A DNA stretch of 64,000 nucleotides from a bacterium (GCA_043805435.1 JAZDHY010000092.1:6668-70667), one strand, 5' to 3'; counted from the first letter of the stretch, positions 28,001 through 36,847 are shown. Translations and numbers: made by a program. Notes: a model not told the origin generated them from the sequence alone.

Positions 28001-28305
28001 AGTCTAATAAGTTTTTAAGATCCCATAAAGATAAAACAAAAAATGATGGAGTCAAAACTGCATGTGGTAAGTTAATTGTTTTAGTTGATAAAGGAACAAT
28101 TACCGCTTTACCTAATGAACTAAAAAAAATAAAACAAAAATTGGATAAAAAAGAATTTACTGATGGACAAGTTGATAACTTAATTTTGGGGCTTGAACAA
28201 AAGTATATTTCTAAAATAGAAATTGAAAATGAGGAAAACCAACAAGTTGGTTTTTTTGCCGATATTACACCCGTAATAATTTTATCAGAAACTTATATTG
28301 AATGA
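25006..28305 (+). CDS. PLD-family nuclease domain fused to an SNF2-family (SF2) helicase/translocase
   Basis: The N-terminal PLD motif is 'HAKFYLF...GSSNLT' (HxK at 25402-25410). The SNF2 motifs are I 'GLGKT', II 'LVDEAHRYRN' (26089-26100), III 'SATPLNN' and V/VI 'TDVLAEGVNL...QRIGRVNRIG'. Length is 1099 aa. Confidence 0.88.
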   Translation: MSSKFFTNRSERNLFDKFKGILENMKDLYAFHAVVGYFRSSGYFALQPYLKDIKDIKILVGINVDQMFAEAQRKGLIYFGDENKTKNEFLNWFINDIKEAKYTLEVENGVLQFVQDLMDGRIQVRAHNSQNIHAKFYLFLPENHSEHTDGWVIMGSSNLTEAGLGIKKTPNYELNIALKDFDDVSFTVDEFKKLWDHSTPILPADIQQFKEKTHIGQVFTPYELYLKFLIEYFGKNIDYDPDTVGDLPKTYKKLSYQIDAVNQGFQMLMEHNGFFLADVVGLGKTVVAAMIAKRFIIANGSLNTKILVVFPPAVEKNWKTTFRLFGIDRHTKFITNGSLDKIIDNRDLNYWAKEDYDLILVDEAHRYRNHTSEMFGFLQRICKSPRVNNGLIAGDKKKVILISATPLNNRPQDLYYQLLLFQDSRKSTLNITNLQNFFGPLIREYKEIIRNSEPNLQSIRDIYIKIREELISQITVRRTRRDLNNYPKYIEDLKAQGIVFPEIAAPKPKYYQLDAKLSKLFYHTIFYLTDSDKINYYRYQAIAYLKPEFREQYYEQAELVSNSLAGIMKTLMVKRLESSFNAFKISLQNLADSTQIMIDMFERGKVLIAPNLHIKGLLDKGVTIEDIEDKILELSIENPKNNIFTTQDFEDDFLPGLKKDHLLLTDLIKDWGVVKHDPKLETFINSIENEFLNKTINPTGKLVIFTESKDTALYLQENVEKILKTKVLNISSSNRNKLFDVILENFDANFNGEGKDDYKILITTDVLAEGVNLHRANVIINYDTPWNATRLMQRIGRVNRIGSVAGVIYSYNFYPSAQGDEEINLYNNALIKLQGFHTAFGEDAQIFTHEELIEQFELFKEGLKDEEDKRLIYLQFIREFKDNNPKEFKRIKQFPLKARTMRKTSIANKKDLQKSSIVFLKSAYKTEFYKVDEINSVTPLTFVEAAESFEAKLNEQGFKLEEIHYKQINAALNKFEEDFLISGTETVTSLDKSDVISPQSNKFLRSHKDKTKNDGVKTACGKLIVLVDKGTITALPNELKKIKQKLDKKEFTDGQVDNLILGLEQKYISKIEIENEENQQVGFFADITPVIILSETYIE

Positions 28306-28940
28306 TGAACAAACAAGAATTACAAAAAGAAATATTTGAAAAAGCTTACCAGCACGAAAATTGGTTAGAAGTATTAAGAGAATTTTTTGGTGTACAAAAT
28401 ATTTTTCAATTGCCTAAACCAATAAAAATAAATGAAAATGAATTCACAACAGATGCTTTTGAATTAGGGAGTTTAATTACTAAAGATGAAAGATTGGTTG
28501 GAGTTTATAAAGTTGTTTTAAATAGTAATGTTGTTATTGAAAAAAATCGCGTTGGTTTACGTAGTCTTTTAAGAAACATATATAAATATGATGTTGATGC
28601 TGCTTTAATTGTATTTTTACAAGATAATAAATGGCGTTTTAGTTTTGTGAGCGAAATTAGGTTGGAGGACGGAAAAAAAGAAACAGAACCTAAAAGATAT
28701 ACCTATTTATTTGGAGATGGTGAAATTTGCCGGACAGCTGCGGATAGATTTTTTAAGCTAAAAGGAAACCCGGTTTATTTAATTGATTTATTTGATGCTT
28801 TTTCAGTTGAAAAGCTTAATAAAGAATTTTTTGATAAATATAAAGCTTCTTTTGAAAAATTTTGTAGTTATTTAGTAAGTCAACAAAATTACGTTGAAAT
28901 ATTTACAAAAAAAAAGCACACTCAAAAATTGGAAGGATAA
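28302..28940 (+). pseudogene. N-terminal segment of a PglX/Eco57I-like DNA methyltransferase, separated from its body by a frameshift
   Basis: Its start overlaps the helicase stop (ATGA). The segment '...KWRFSFVSEIR....EPKRYTYLFGDGE.CRTAADRF' matches the N-terminal module seen in PglX/type IIG-like MTases. It ends 25 nt after an A9 run. Confidence 0.7.
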
Positions 28941-31900
28941 AGAAGCAAAACCAATCCGTGATTTTGTAAAAAAATTGATGGGGAGATTAGTCTTTTTGCA
29001 GTTTTTACAAAAAAAAGAATGGATGGGTGTACCTGCAAATACAAAGGGTTGGACAGGTGGTGATAAAGGATTTCTTAAATCATTTTTTGTGGGATTTGAG
29101 GATAAAATACATTTTAATAGTCTAGGACTAAAAATTCTTTTCTTCGATACATTAAATAAAAAAAGAGAAAATGATATTGCGCCTAGCATTTTGGACAAAA
29201 ATATTAAAATTCCGTATTTAAATGGGGGATTATTTGATAAGGATCCTAATTATGAGTATGAAGTTGATTTTACTCCTACATTATTCCTAGATCTATTAGA
29301 CTTTTTTGAACAATATAATTTTACTATTGATGAAAATGACCCTTACGATTCCGAAGTTGGAATTGACCCTGAAATGTTGGGACATATTTTTGAAAACTTA
29401 CTTGAAGAAAACCGCGAAAAAGGTGCATTTTATACACCTAAAGAAATAGTTAAGTATATGTGTCAGGAAAGTTTGATAGAGTATTTATTTACTAATTTAC
29501 CTGATGAGAAACGGGAAGATATAATAAATTTAGTTCGATTGCATAAAATAAGTGATAGTTTTTATGTATTTGATAACGCAAAAAAAATAAATAAATTACT
29601 TAAGGATGTTAAAATTTGTGACCCTGCAATTGGATCAGGCGCATTTCCTATGGGCATGTTAAAGGAAATTTTTGGTTGCAGGAAAATTTTATATGGCTTT
29701 TTGAATGATAACCATTCATTTGATCCTGCCCTTGTGAAAAAAGAGATTATTCAAAAAAATATTTATGGTGTTGATATTGAAATAGGCGCTGTTGAAATTG
29801 CGCGATTAAGATTTTGGCTTTCGTTGGTTGTTGATGAAATTGAACCACAGCCTTTACCAAACCTTGATTATAAAATTATGCAGGGTAACAGTTTATTAGA
29901 ACGTTTTGGCGATATTGATTTAAAAGACCTAATTAATGTTGAAGATGATATTATTATTAAAGATGTTGAACATGATGTTTTGAGCCCTGAGTTTGAACCT
30001 GAACCTATTCAATTGACAATATTTGATAAAACCACAAAGGAATATTTAAGTGAATTGATTCAAAAATATTATGACCCTGATGATTGGAAAAATAATACAG
30101 GGGAAACTATTGATAAATATTCTGTTAAAAAAGAAATTAATGATATTATTAACGGTAAATTAAAAGCACAATTGTTTTTTGAAAAAGAAAAAATACAAAA
30201 AGAAATTAATCTTTTTAATGCAAGATATTGTATTAAAAATGATGATGATGTTAAAAGATTAAAACAAAACAACAAAGAAGTAGTTAGATATTTAAAATTA
30301 AAGGATAATCTACTAAAATTAAAAGATGATGAAATTGTATTAAAAGAGATGCAAAAAAAGGAAGAAAGACCTTATTTTTTATGGCATCTATGGTTTAAAG
30401 ATGTTTTTGATAAAGGTGGTTTTGATATTATTATTGGCAATCCGCCATATATAAAAGAATATACAGACAAAAGTGCGTTTGATGGTCTTCACAATTCACC
30501 TTATTACGAAGGTAAAATGGATATTTGGTATTTATTTGCCTGTTTTGGGATTGATATATTAAAAAACAAGGGAGTGGAGTGTTTTATTGCTCAAAATAAT
30601 TGGACAACCAGTTATGGTGCTTCAAAGTTAAGAAATAAAATATTGAATGAAACAGAAATTCTGTTATTTACAGATTTTGGTAATTATAAGGTTTTTGAAA
30701 GTGCCGGTATTCAAACAATGATAAATTTGTTAAAAAAGAAAAATCCAAGAAACTCTTATCCTCTAATTTACGGACGGTTAAATAATGATAGTGCTGATCA
30801 ACGAGTTTTAATTTCGTTTCTTAATACTCAAAATCTTGAATCAAATAGTGAATTCAGGAGATATATATTTAATTTCCAACCTCCAATTTATAAAAATGAA
30901 TTTATTACTTTTAATGAATCTAAGGTTCAACAAATCATTGATGAAATTAAAAAAAATGATTTAACTTTTTTATTTGCTGAAGAAATTGCTCAAGGTATTG
31001 TTGCACCTCAAGATAAGTTAAATAAACAAAATCAAAAAATTTTAGGTGATTTATACAAAATTGGGGATGGTATTTTCCAATTAACTAAACTTGAAAAAGA
31101 AAATTTAAATTTAACAAATGAAGAAAATTCTATTATAAAACCTTTTTATTCCTCTAATCAATTGAAAAGGTATTTTGCCGATAAAATAACCGATGAATAC
31201 TTAATATATCTAAAATCTGGGGCAAATCAGATTATTGATTTATACCCCAATATAAAAAAACATCTTATTCAATTTACATCAATTATTACTTCCGATAATA
31301 AACCATTCGGGCTCCATAGAGCACGCGAAGAGAAATTTTTCAAAGGTGAAAAAATATTTTCATTAAGGAAATGTGAAAAGCCAACGTTCACATATTGTAA
31401 TTTCGATTGTTATGTCTCGCAGTCATATTTTATTATAAAGACTAATCGTTTGAGCTTAAAGTATTTAACATTATTGCTTAACTCGCGCCTTATTACCTTT
31501 TGGCTTCTTAATAAAGGTAAGCGACAAGGTAATAATTTTCAGATTGATAAAGAACCTTTATTAAACATTCCAGTAAGAAAAATTGATAACACTAACCTAT
31601 TTGAAGTAATGTGTGATTATTTAATATTTCTATATGACAAGACAAAACCAAAGGTGAACGAATATTTAGACAATACTAGTATTGCTCGTTTTTTTGAAAA
31701 AGTTGCTGACATGATGGTATATGAATTATATTTTGAAGAACACATGCGCGATTTAGAAATTGATGTGCTTGAATATTTTAATACTAAAAAAATACTTTTG
31801 GATATAAATAATTTTAAAAATGAACCCGTCTATCAAGCCGGTATTATTAATAATGTATTTACAATTTTACAGGAACAAGCTAATCCGGTGCGCAACAGAG

Positions 31901-31962
31901 TTATTTTAGCTAACATTAGAAGCCAAGATATAATTGCGCAAATTAATGGCAGTACAATTTAA
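28894..31962 (+). CDS. N6-adenine DNA methyltransferase (gamma-class, Eco57I/PglX-like) with TaqI_C-like target-recognition domain
   Basis: Motif I is 'CDPAIGSGAFP' and the sequence 'PYFLWHLWFKDVFDKGGFDIIIGNPPY' contains NPPY at 30439-30450. The C-terminal '...LKYLTLLLNSRLITFWL...NFQIDKEPLLNIPV' matches the TaqI_C specificity-domain pattern. No nuclease domain was seen. Confidence 0.85.
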   Translation: MKYLQKKSTLKNWKDKEAKPIRDFVKKLMGRLVFLQFLQKKEWMGVPANTKGWTGGDKGFLKSFFVGFEDKIHFNSLGLKILFFDTLNKKRENDIAPSILDKNIKIPYLNGGLFDKDPNYEYEVDFTPTLFLDLLDFFEQYNFTIDENDPYDSEVGIDPEMLGHIFENLLEENREKGAFYTPKEIVKYMCQESLIEYLFTNLPDEKREDIINLVRLHKISDSFYVFDNAKKINKLLKDVKICDPAIGSGAFPMGMLKEIFGCRKILYGFLNDNHSFDPALVKKEIIQKNIYGVDIEIGAVEIARLRFWLSLVVDEIEPQPLPNLDYKIMQGNSLLERFGDIDLKDLINVEDDIIIKDVEHDVLSPEFEPEPIQLTIFDKTTKEYLSELIQKYYDPDDWKNNTGETIDKYSVKKEINDIINGKLKAQLFFEKEKIQKEINLFNARYCIKNDDDVKRLKQNNKEVVRYLKLKDNLLKLKDDEIVLKEMQKKEERPYFLWHLWFKDVFDKGGFDIIIGNPPYIKEYTDKSAFDGLHNSPYYEGKMDIWYLFACFGIDILKNKGVECFIAQNNWTTSYGASKLRNKILNETEILLFTDFGNYKVFESAGIQTMINLLKKKNPRNSYPLIYGRLNNDSADQRVLISFLNTQNLESNSEFRRYIFNFQPPIYKNEFITFNESKVQQIIDEIKKNDLTFLFAEEIAQGIVAPQDKLNKQNQKILGDLYKIGDGIFQLTKLEKENLNLTNEENSIIKPFYSSNQLKRYFADKITDEYLIYLKSGANQIIDLYPNIKKHLIQFTSIITSDNKPFGLHRAREEKFFKGEKIFSLRKCEKPTFTYCNFDCYVSQSYFIIKTNRLSLKYLTLLLNSRLITFWLLNKGKRQGNNFQIDKEPLLNIPVRKIDNTNLFEVMCDYLIFLYDKTKPKVNEYLDNTSIARFFEKVADMMVYELYFEEHMRDLEIDVLEYFNTKKILLDINNFKNEPVYQAGIINNVFTILQEQANPVRNRVILANIRSQDIIAQINGSTI
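28907..28915 (+). other. A9 homopolymer at the frameshift joining ORFs 28302-28940 and 28894-31962
   Basis: Deleting one A gives a continuous reading ...NYVEIFTKKSTLKNWKDKEAKPIRDF... The downstream ORF has only a TTG 'start' at 28894. Confidence 0.85.
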
Positions 31963-31982
31963 TTCAACAAGTGGAGGTTTTG

Positions 31983-33926
31983 ATGGCAGCAAATCGGTAT
32001 TGCCTTAAAAAATTAGGTATTCAAAATTTTAAGTTTTTTAAAAAACTTAAAGAAATTGAGTTAGATGGTAAAAATCTTTTATTATATGGTGAAAACGGGT
32101 CAGGTAAATCTTCAATTTATTGGGCATTATATACCTTTTTTGAGTGTTCACATAAAGCAAAAGATGAAGATATAATTAAATATTTTGACCCTGATGATGG
32201 AAATCATTTAACAAATATTCATCTTAAAGCGGATGTAACAAATACTTTTGAATCTTATATAAATCTTGAGATGGTAAAAGGAGATACTAATTTAAATCTG
32301 AAGCTATCAAAATCAGATTTGATTATTAAAAATAATAATATAATGAAGGAAAGCATTTACGCAACAGATTTTATTAATTATAGACTTTTATTTAGACTAA
32401 ATGATTTCTATCACTCAGAAGATATTGATTTATTTCCTTTATTTAGAAAAGAATTCCTTCCATATCAACAACTTGTTGTAAAGCCTTCAAATTATTCTGG
32501 TGATATGTCACTTTCAAAGGTTTATGAAAATATACTTATTGGGCCTAAATATCAATCGATAAATGCGAACAAGATTTATCCTAAACAGCACGAGCCTGAA
32601 TATTTGGAATATTTGACCTTGCAAAGTGTTTTTGAAAAATCTTTATTGGAAATAGTTGATAATATTAATACAAAAGGTGTTCCGATTTTGCGTAATGATT
32701 TTGGATATGATTTCAAATATAATTTAGATTTTCATGTTAGTGAATTTAGTATTATAAATAACCAATTTATTCCGCCCAAATATTACATTGACTTAAATGT
32801 TTCTGATTATGAAAGTATAGGTGGTCAAATACAAAAACCACAATCATTTTTAAACGAAGCCAAATTGGCCGCGCTTGCATTGTCTATGCGTTTTGCAATT
32901 TTGGAGCAACGTTTAATGGAAGGTGATATACTAAAACTTTTAGTATTAGACGATCTTCTGATAAGTCTTGATATGAGCAATAGACAAAAAGTATTAAAAT
33001 TAATTTTTGAAAAATATCAAAAAAATTATCAATGTATAATCATGACACATGATAAGTTATTTTTTGATTTAGCTAAACGAAAAATCGAAGAATCAAAATA
33101 CACTAATTGGTTATATAAGGAAATGTATTTTGATTATGAGAAAAAGGAACCAATTATTTTAGAAACTGAAAAAAATTATACTTTAGCACAATATTACTTC
33201 TCTCACTTCGACTATCCAGCTTGTGCGAATAATCTTAGAAAATTTGCTGAAGATATCTTTGTAAATATTTTTCCCATGAATATCAGATATACTGAAAAAG
33301 GTGAAGAAATTACAAAATTGAATAATTATATTGAAAGAGCAATAAAATTTTATAATAAAAATAATTTAAATTCTGATTTATTGCTAAATCTAAAAGATAA
33401 ATTGTTTTTATTATTAAACCCTCTTTCGCATTTTAGCGAGGATATTAATATTTATTCAAGTGAATTATTAGACACTCTTAAAATTTTACCGGCATTGTTA
33501 ACTGAAATAGAAGGATACAATATTAAAGAATTTATCCAATCAAATGATATAATTGAAATTAAATTTAAAGTTAATTCTACGGTTACAAATATTTATGAAA
33601 TAAAACCTAGAGAAAAAATATATATCTTTACTCAAGGGACTACTTCTTTCTTGTCACCAAACAGTTTTGATTCTATGCGATGTTATGAATACGACTCATC
33701 AAAAAATACAACAGTTATGCATAATTTCGAAGTACATAAGAATAAAAATTTATTTAAGATGTATAAGGAGATTTATAAATATAATTATGATGAAGCCTCT
33801 CAACCTGGTGCTACTCCAATCGATGAAAATAGTATAGTGGTGGAATTAAATAATATATTTAGGCAAAGACATGGTAAAAAAGATTCGTTTTACCAGCTAA
33901 ATAACAATATAAATACTACAAATTAA
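31983..33926 (+). CDS. ABC/SMC-like (RecF/AAA_15-type) ATPase with unassigned C-terminal domain of about 270 aa
   Basis: I moved the start to ATG 31983, 5 nt after GGAGG (31973-31977). The motifs are 'IQNFKFF...LLLYGENGSGKSS' (Walker A), 'LLVLDDLLISLD' (Walker B/D-loop) and 'IIMTHD' (H-loop). The C-terminal part contains 'NNLRKFAEDIF...LLNPLSHFSED'. Confidence 0.75.
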   Translation: MAANRYCLKKLGIQNFKFFKKLKEIELDGKNLLLYGENGSGKSSIYWALYTFFECSHKAKDEDIIKYFDPDDGNHLTNIHLKADVTNTFESYINLEMVKGDTNLNLKLSKSDLIIKNNNIMKESIYATDFINYRLLFRLNDFYHSEDIDLFPLFRKEFLPYQQLVVKPSNYSGDMSLSKVYENILIGPKYQSINANKIYPKQHEPEYLEYLTLQSVFEKSLLEIVDNINTKGVPILRNDFGYDFKYNLDFHVSEFSIINNQFIPPKYYIDLNVSDYESIGGQIQKPQSFLNEAKLAALALSMRFAILEQRLMEGDILKLLVLDDLLISLDMSNRQKVLKLIFEKYQKNYQCIIMTHDKLFFDLAKRKIEESKYTNWLYKEMYFDYEKKEPIILETEKNYTLAQYYFSHFDYPACANNLRKFAEDIFVNIFPMNIRYTEKGEEITKLNNYIERAIKFYNKNNLNSDLLLNLKDKLFLLLNPLSHFSEDINIYSSELLDTLKILPALLTEIEGYNIKEFIQSNDIIEIKFKVNSTVTNIYEIKPREKIYIFTQGTTSFLSPNSFDSMRCYEYDSSKNTTVMHNFEVHKNKNLFKMYKEIYKYNYDEASQPGATPIDENSIVVELNNIFRQRHGKKDSFYQLNNNINTTN

Positions 33927-33953
33927 TTTCATTTTTTCAATTTCTAAATATCC

Positions 33954-33986
33954 AAAAAACCACGCCTTATTGACGTGGTTTTTTTG
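33954..33986. terminator. Bidirectional terminator; right edge of the island
   Basis: The sequence is AAAAAA-CCACG-CCTTATTGA-CGTGG-TTTTTTT. Confidence 0.8.
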
Positions 33987-34006
33987 CAATATCTTTTTAA
34001 CAATTC

Positions 34007-36847
34007 CTAACCCTTTCCTTCCGCACATTTATCAACCAAATAAATAATTGATTTATAATGAATACCGGAAAAAACGGAAAGGCCAATTTCGCAGGTACGG
34101 CTGTTGGAATAACCCTCATGGCAGTCTGGCGTTAAAGCCGGTTTAAGTTCTTTTAATGCCGATTCGTTTAATTCCGGGAAACTAAAACCACGGTCGCCGG
34201 CAAATCCACAGCAGCCAACTTCGGCAGGGGCAATAACTTCATCAACACAAAGCGAAGTTAAAGCCTTAAATTTATCGTCCAATCCCATTTTTTTAGAGCT
34301 GCACGTTGTATGTATTGCAACCGTTTTATGCTGTTTTGTAAAATTAAGTTTATCCTGCATAAAGTCGTAAATAAATTCAACCGGTTCGTAAAGTTTAAAG
34401 TTGGCATTATTTTTAATTGCAATGTATTCTTTTGTTCTGTATAAACAAGGACTTGTATCAAACAAAACCGGGTATTTGCCATTTTCAGAAGCAGCATTTA
34501 ATTGGTTTATTAATTCCTCTGCTTTATAGTCGCCTTGCTGTTTAAAACCTTTGCTGGCAAAAGCCATTCCGCAGCACAAATTTGGCAGGTAGTTTGGATA
34601 AATTATACTGTATCCGGCTTTTTTAAGTAACCGTGTCATTACTGTTGTCTGCGATTCCGTATCACCGCTGTTTTTGGAAACACCCATACTGCGGCTTATA
34701 CAGCTTGGGAAATAAACAACCTTAAGTTCGTTTTTATCGTCTTTTGCCGGATAAACTATATTATCGGCACCCTTGGGCATATATTTATTCCATAAAGGAA
34801 TTTTTTTGCCGGATCCTTTAAACATCATATTACTAATGTTTTCCATTAAGGAAGTACCAATTACAGTATGAGCTAAGTTAACAAAATTCAAACCGTTTTT
34901 AGCACCGGAAGTAACAAATTTCATTCTGTTAGCTAAAACCTTAGCCACACTATTACCTGTACCGGAAGTTAAACTTAACCGTAATTGTTTAATTAACTTG
35001 CCCGTATCAATATCAACAGGGCATGAAGTTGCGCATAAACCATCTGTAGCGCAAGTTTGGTTACCAAAATAATCAAACGAAGTAATAAATGTAGTTAATC
35101 TTTGCGGATCTGCTCCGCTTTCTTTTAATCTTTTAATTTCACGCCACCCTACAATACGCTGCCTTGGTGATAAAGTCAAATTTTTAGACGGGCAGTTAAC
35201 TTCGCAAAAGCCGCATTCAATACATTTATCAATAATAGGATCGGCAATTGGCATTGGCTTTAAGTTTTTTAGGAAAATGTTTTTATCTTTGTTTAATATT
35301 ACACCGGGATTAAAAATATTAGCCGGGTCAAAAATAGTTTTAACTTCTTCCATTAATTTATAAATTTCAGTCCCCCATTCGTATTCAACAAAAGGAGCCA
35401 TATTTCTACCTGTTCCGTGTTCTGCTTTTAACGAACCGTCATATTTTTCAACAACAAGTTTGGTAATATCTTCCATAAAATATTTATAACGCAATACTTC
35501 GCTTTCGGTGCCAAAATCCTGCGAAAATACAAAATGTACATTCCCTGCAATTGCATGTCCCCAAATTATTGTTTCGTTATAATTATGTTTGGCAAAAAGA
35601 GACTGCAGATCCAAAACAGCATCGGCAAGTCTATCCATAGGTAAATTAACATCTTCAATAATAACCGTTGTGCCAATTTTGCGTGCCGCACAAACAGTAG
35701 GAAATAAACCCTTGCGGATATCCCAAAGTTTTTTGTATTCTTTTTTATCGGTAGTAAATTGTACAGGTTGTTCTTTTGGTAAATCTTCAATAGCATCGGT
35801 AATTAATTTTATTCTTTCCTGTAAAGTTTCTTTATCCAATGCAGATGTTTCAATTAATAAAGCTGCGGCTTTGTTATCTAACGTTTTTATAAATTCAGGC
35901 ATACCCGGTTTATCTTCAACGGCTTTTAAAGCGGCTCTATCCATAATTTCGGCAGCATCAACAGGCAAATTATTAAAAATAGGAATTGCCATACATGCTG
36001 TTTTTATATCCTTAAATAATATTAAAGCAGTACCTTTGTTAGGTAGTTCGGGAACAGTTTTTAATGTCAATTCGCTAATAAATCCAAGTGTACCTTCGGA
36101 ACCGATCATTAAATGAGCAATAATATTGTAAGGGTCGTCAAAATCAACTAACGAATTTACCCCATAACCGCAGGTGTTTTTCATTTCGTATTTTTTGCGT
36201 ATGCGGTCGGCAACGGGTTTATTTTCTTTTATTTTATTAGATAAAGCGGTAATTGAATTTACCAAATCTTTACGTTTTTTATAAAAGTCATTTTTGGAAT
36301 TTTGGCTGTTTGTATCTAAAACAGAACCATCGGCAAAAATAATTTTCATTCCAAGCAGAGTATTGTAAATATTGTTTGCCGTTCCGCTTGTCATACCGCT
36401 TGCGTTATTAGCGGCAATACCGCCAAGTTTTGCGGAATTTATTGAAGCCGGATCGGGGCCCAGTTTTTTATTGTATTTAGCTAAATACAAATTGGCAAAA
36501 CTGCCAACTACGCCCGGCTGGAGTTTAATTTTATCACCATTTTCCAAAATTTCGTATTTATTCCATTCACTGCCCAAAACAAGCAAAACGGAATCTGAAA
36601 TTGCCTGGCCCGATAATGACGTTCCGGCAGCTCTAAAAGTAATTGGTAATTTAAGTTTGTTACACAACTCAATTACTTTTTGTGCTTCAGTTTCATTTTC
36701 TACCTTAACAACAAGGTTTGGTATTAAACGGTAAAATCCTGCGTCGGTTCCAAAAGCCAGTTTACGTAATTCGTCATAAATCAATCTTTCTTTAGGTATG
36801 AATTTAATCAATTCATTATATAGTGATAAATAATCTCCTTTCAACAT
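34007..36847 (-). CDS. FAD-linked oxidase fused to a (Fe-S)/CCG-domain module (D-lactate/glycolate-oxidase-like)
   Basis: 946 aa. It has an FAD_binding_4-type N-terminus and two ferredoxin-like Cys clusters 'CIECGFCEVNCP' and 'CATDGLCATSCP'. The C-terminal cysteine-rich repeats 'CCG' occur twice. Confidence 0.88.
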   Translation of the reverse strand: MLKGDYLSLYNELIKFIPKERLIYDELRKLAFGTDAGFYRLIPNLVVKVENETEAQKVIELCNKLKLPITFRAAGTSLSGQAISDSVLLVLGSEWNKYEILENGDKIKLQPGVVGSFANLYLAKYNKKLGPDPASINSAKLGGIAANNASGMTSGTANNIYNTLLGMKIIFADGSVLDTNSQNSKNDFYKKRKDLVNSITALSNKIKENKPVADRIRKKYEMKNTCGYGVNSLVDFDDPYNIIAHLMIGSEGTLGFISELTLKTVPELPNKGTALILFKDIKTACMAIPIFNNLPVDAAEIMDRAALKAVEDKPGMPEFIKTLDNKAAALLIETSALDKETLQERIKLITDAIEDLPKEQPVQFTTDKKEYKKLWDIRKGLFPTVCAARKIGTTVIIEDVNLPMDRLADAVLDLQSLFAKHNYNETIIWGHAIAGNVHFVFSQDFGTESEVLRYKYFMEDITKLVVEKYDGSLKAEHGTGRNMAPFVEYEWGTEIYKLMEEVKTIFDPANIFNPGVILNKDKNIFLKNLKPMPIADPIIDKCIECGFCEVNCPSKNLTLSPRQRIVGWREIKRLKESGADPQRLTTFITSFDYFGNQTCATDGLCATSCPVDIDTGKLIKQLRLSLTSGTGNSVAKVLANRMKFVTSGAKNGLNFVNLAHTVIGTSLMENISNMMFKGSGKKIPLWNKYMPKGADNIVYPAKDDKNELKVVYFPSCISRSMGVSKNSGDTESQTTVMTRLLKKAGYSIIYPNYLPNLCCGMAFASKGFKQQGDYKAEELINQLNAASENGKYPVLFDTSPCLYRTKEYIAIKNNANFKLYEPVEFIYDFMQDKLNFTKQHKTVAIHTTCSSKKMGLDDKFKALTSLCVDEVIAPAEVGCCGFAGDRGFSFPELNESALKELKPALTPDCHEGYSNSRTCEIGLSVFSGIHYKSIIYLVDKCAEGKG

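Noticed and set aside
31971-31982. The track uses a GTG start at 31971 for the ATPase ORF.
   Set aside because: That GTG is part of the GGAGG Shine-Dalgarno sequence (31973-31977). ATG 31983 sits 5 nt downstream and is the more plausible start.
25006-33926. I considered calling the island DISARM (class 1) or BREX.
   Set aside because: DrmA/DrmB (the DUF1998 pair) and BrxC/PglZ/BrxL/BrxA are all missing. Only individual domains (PLD, SNF2, an Eco57I/PglX-like MTase) are shared.
35589-36734. Plus-strand ORFs 35589-36116 and 36372-36734 appear in the track, as do minus-strand out-of-frame ORFs 34258-34497 and 35566-35796.
   Set aside because: All of them overlap the well-supported FAD/Fe-S oxidase gene. 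They have no motifs, and their composition is typical of shadow frames.
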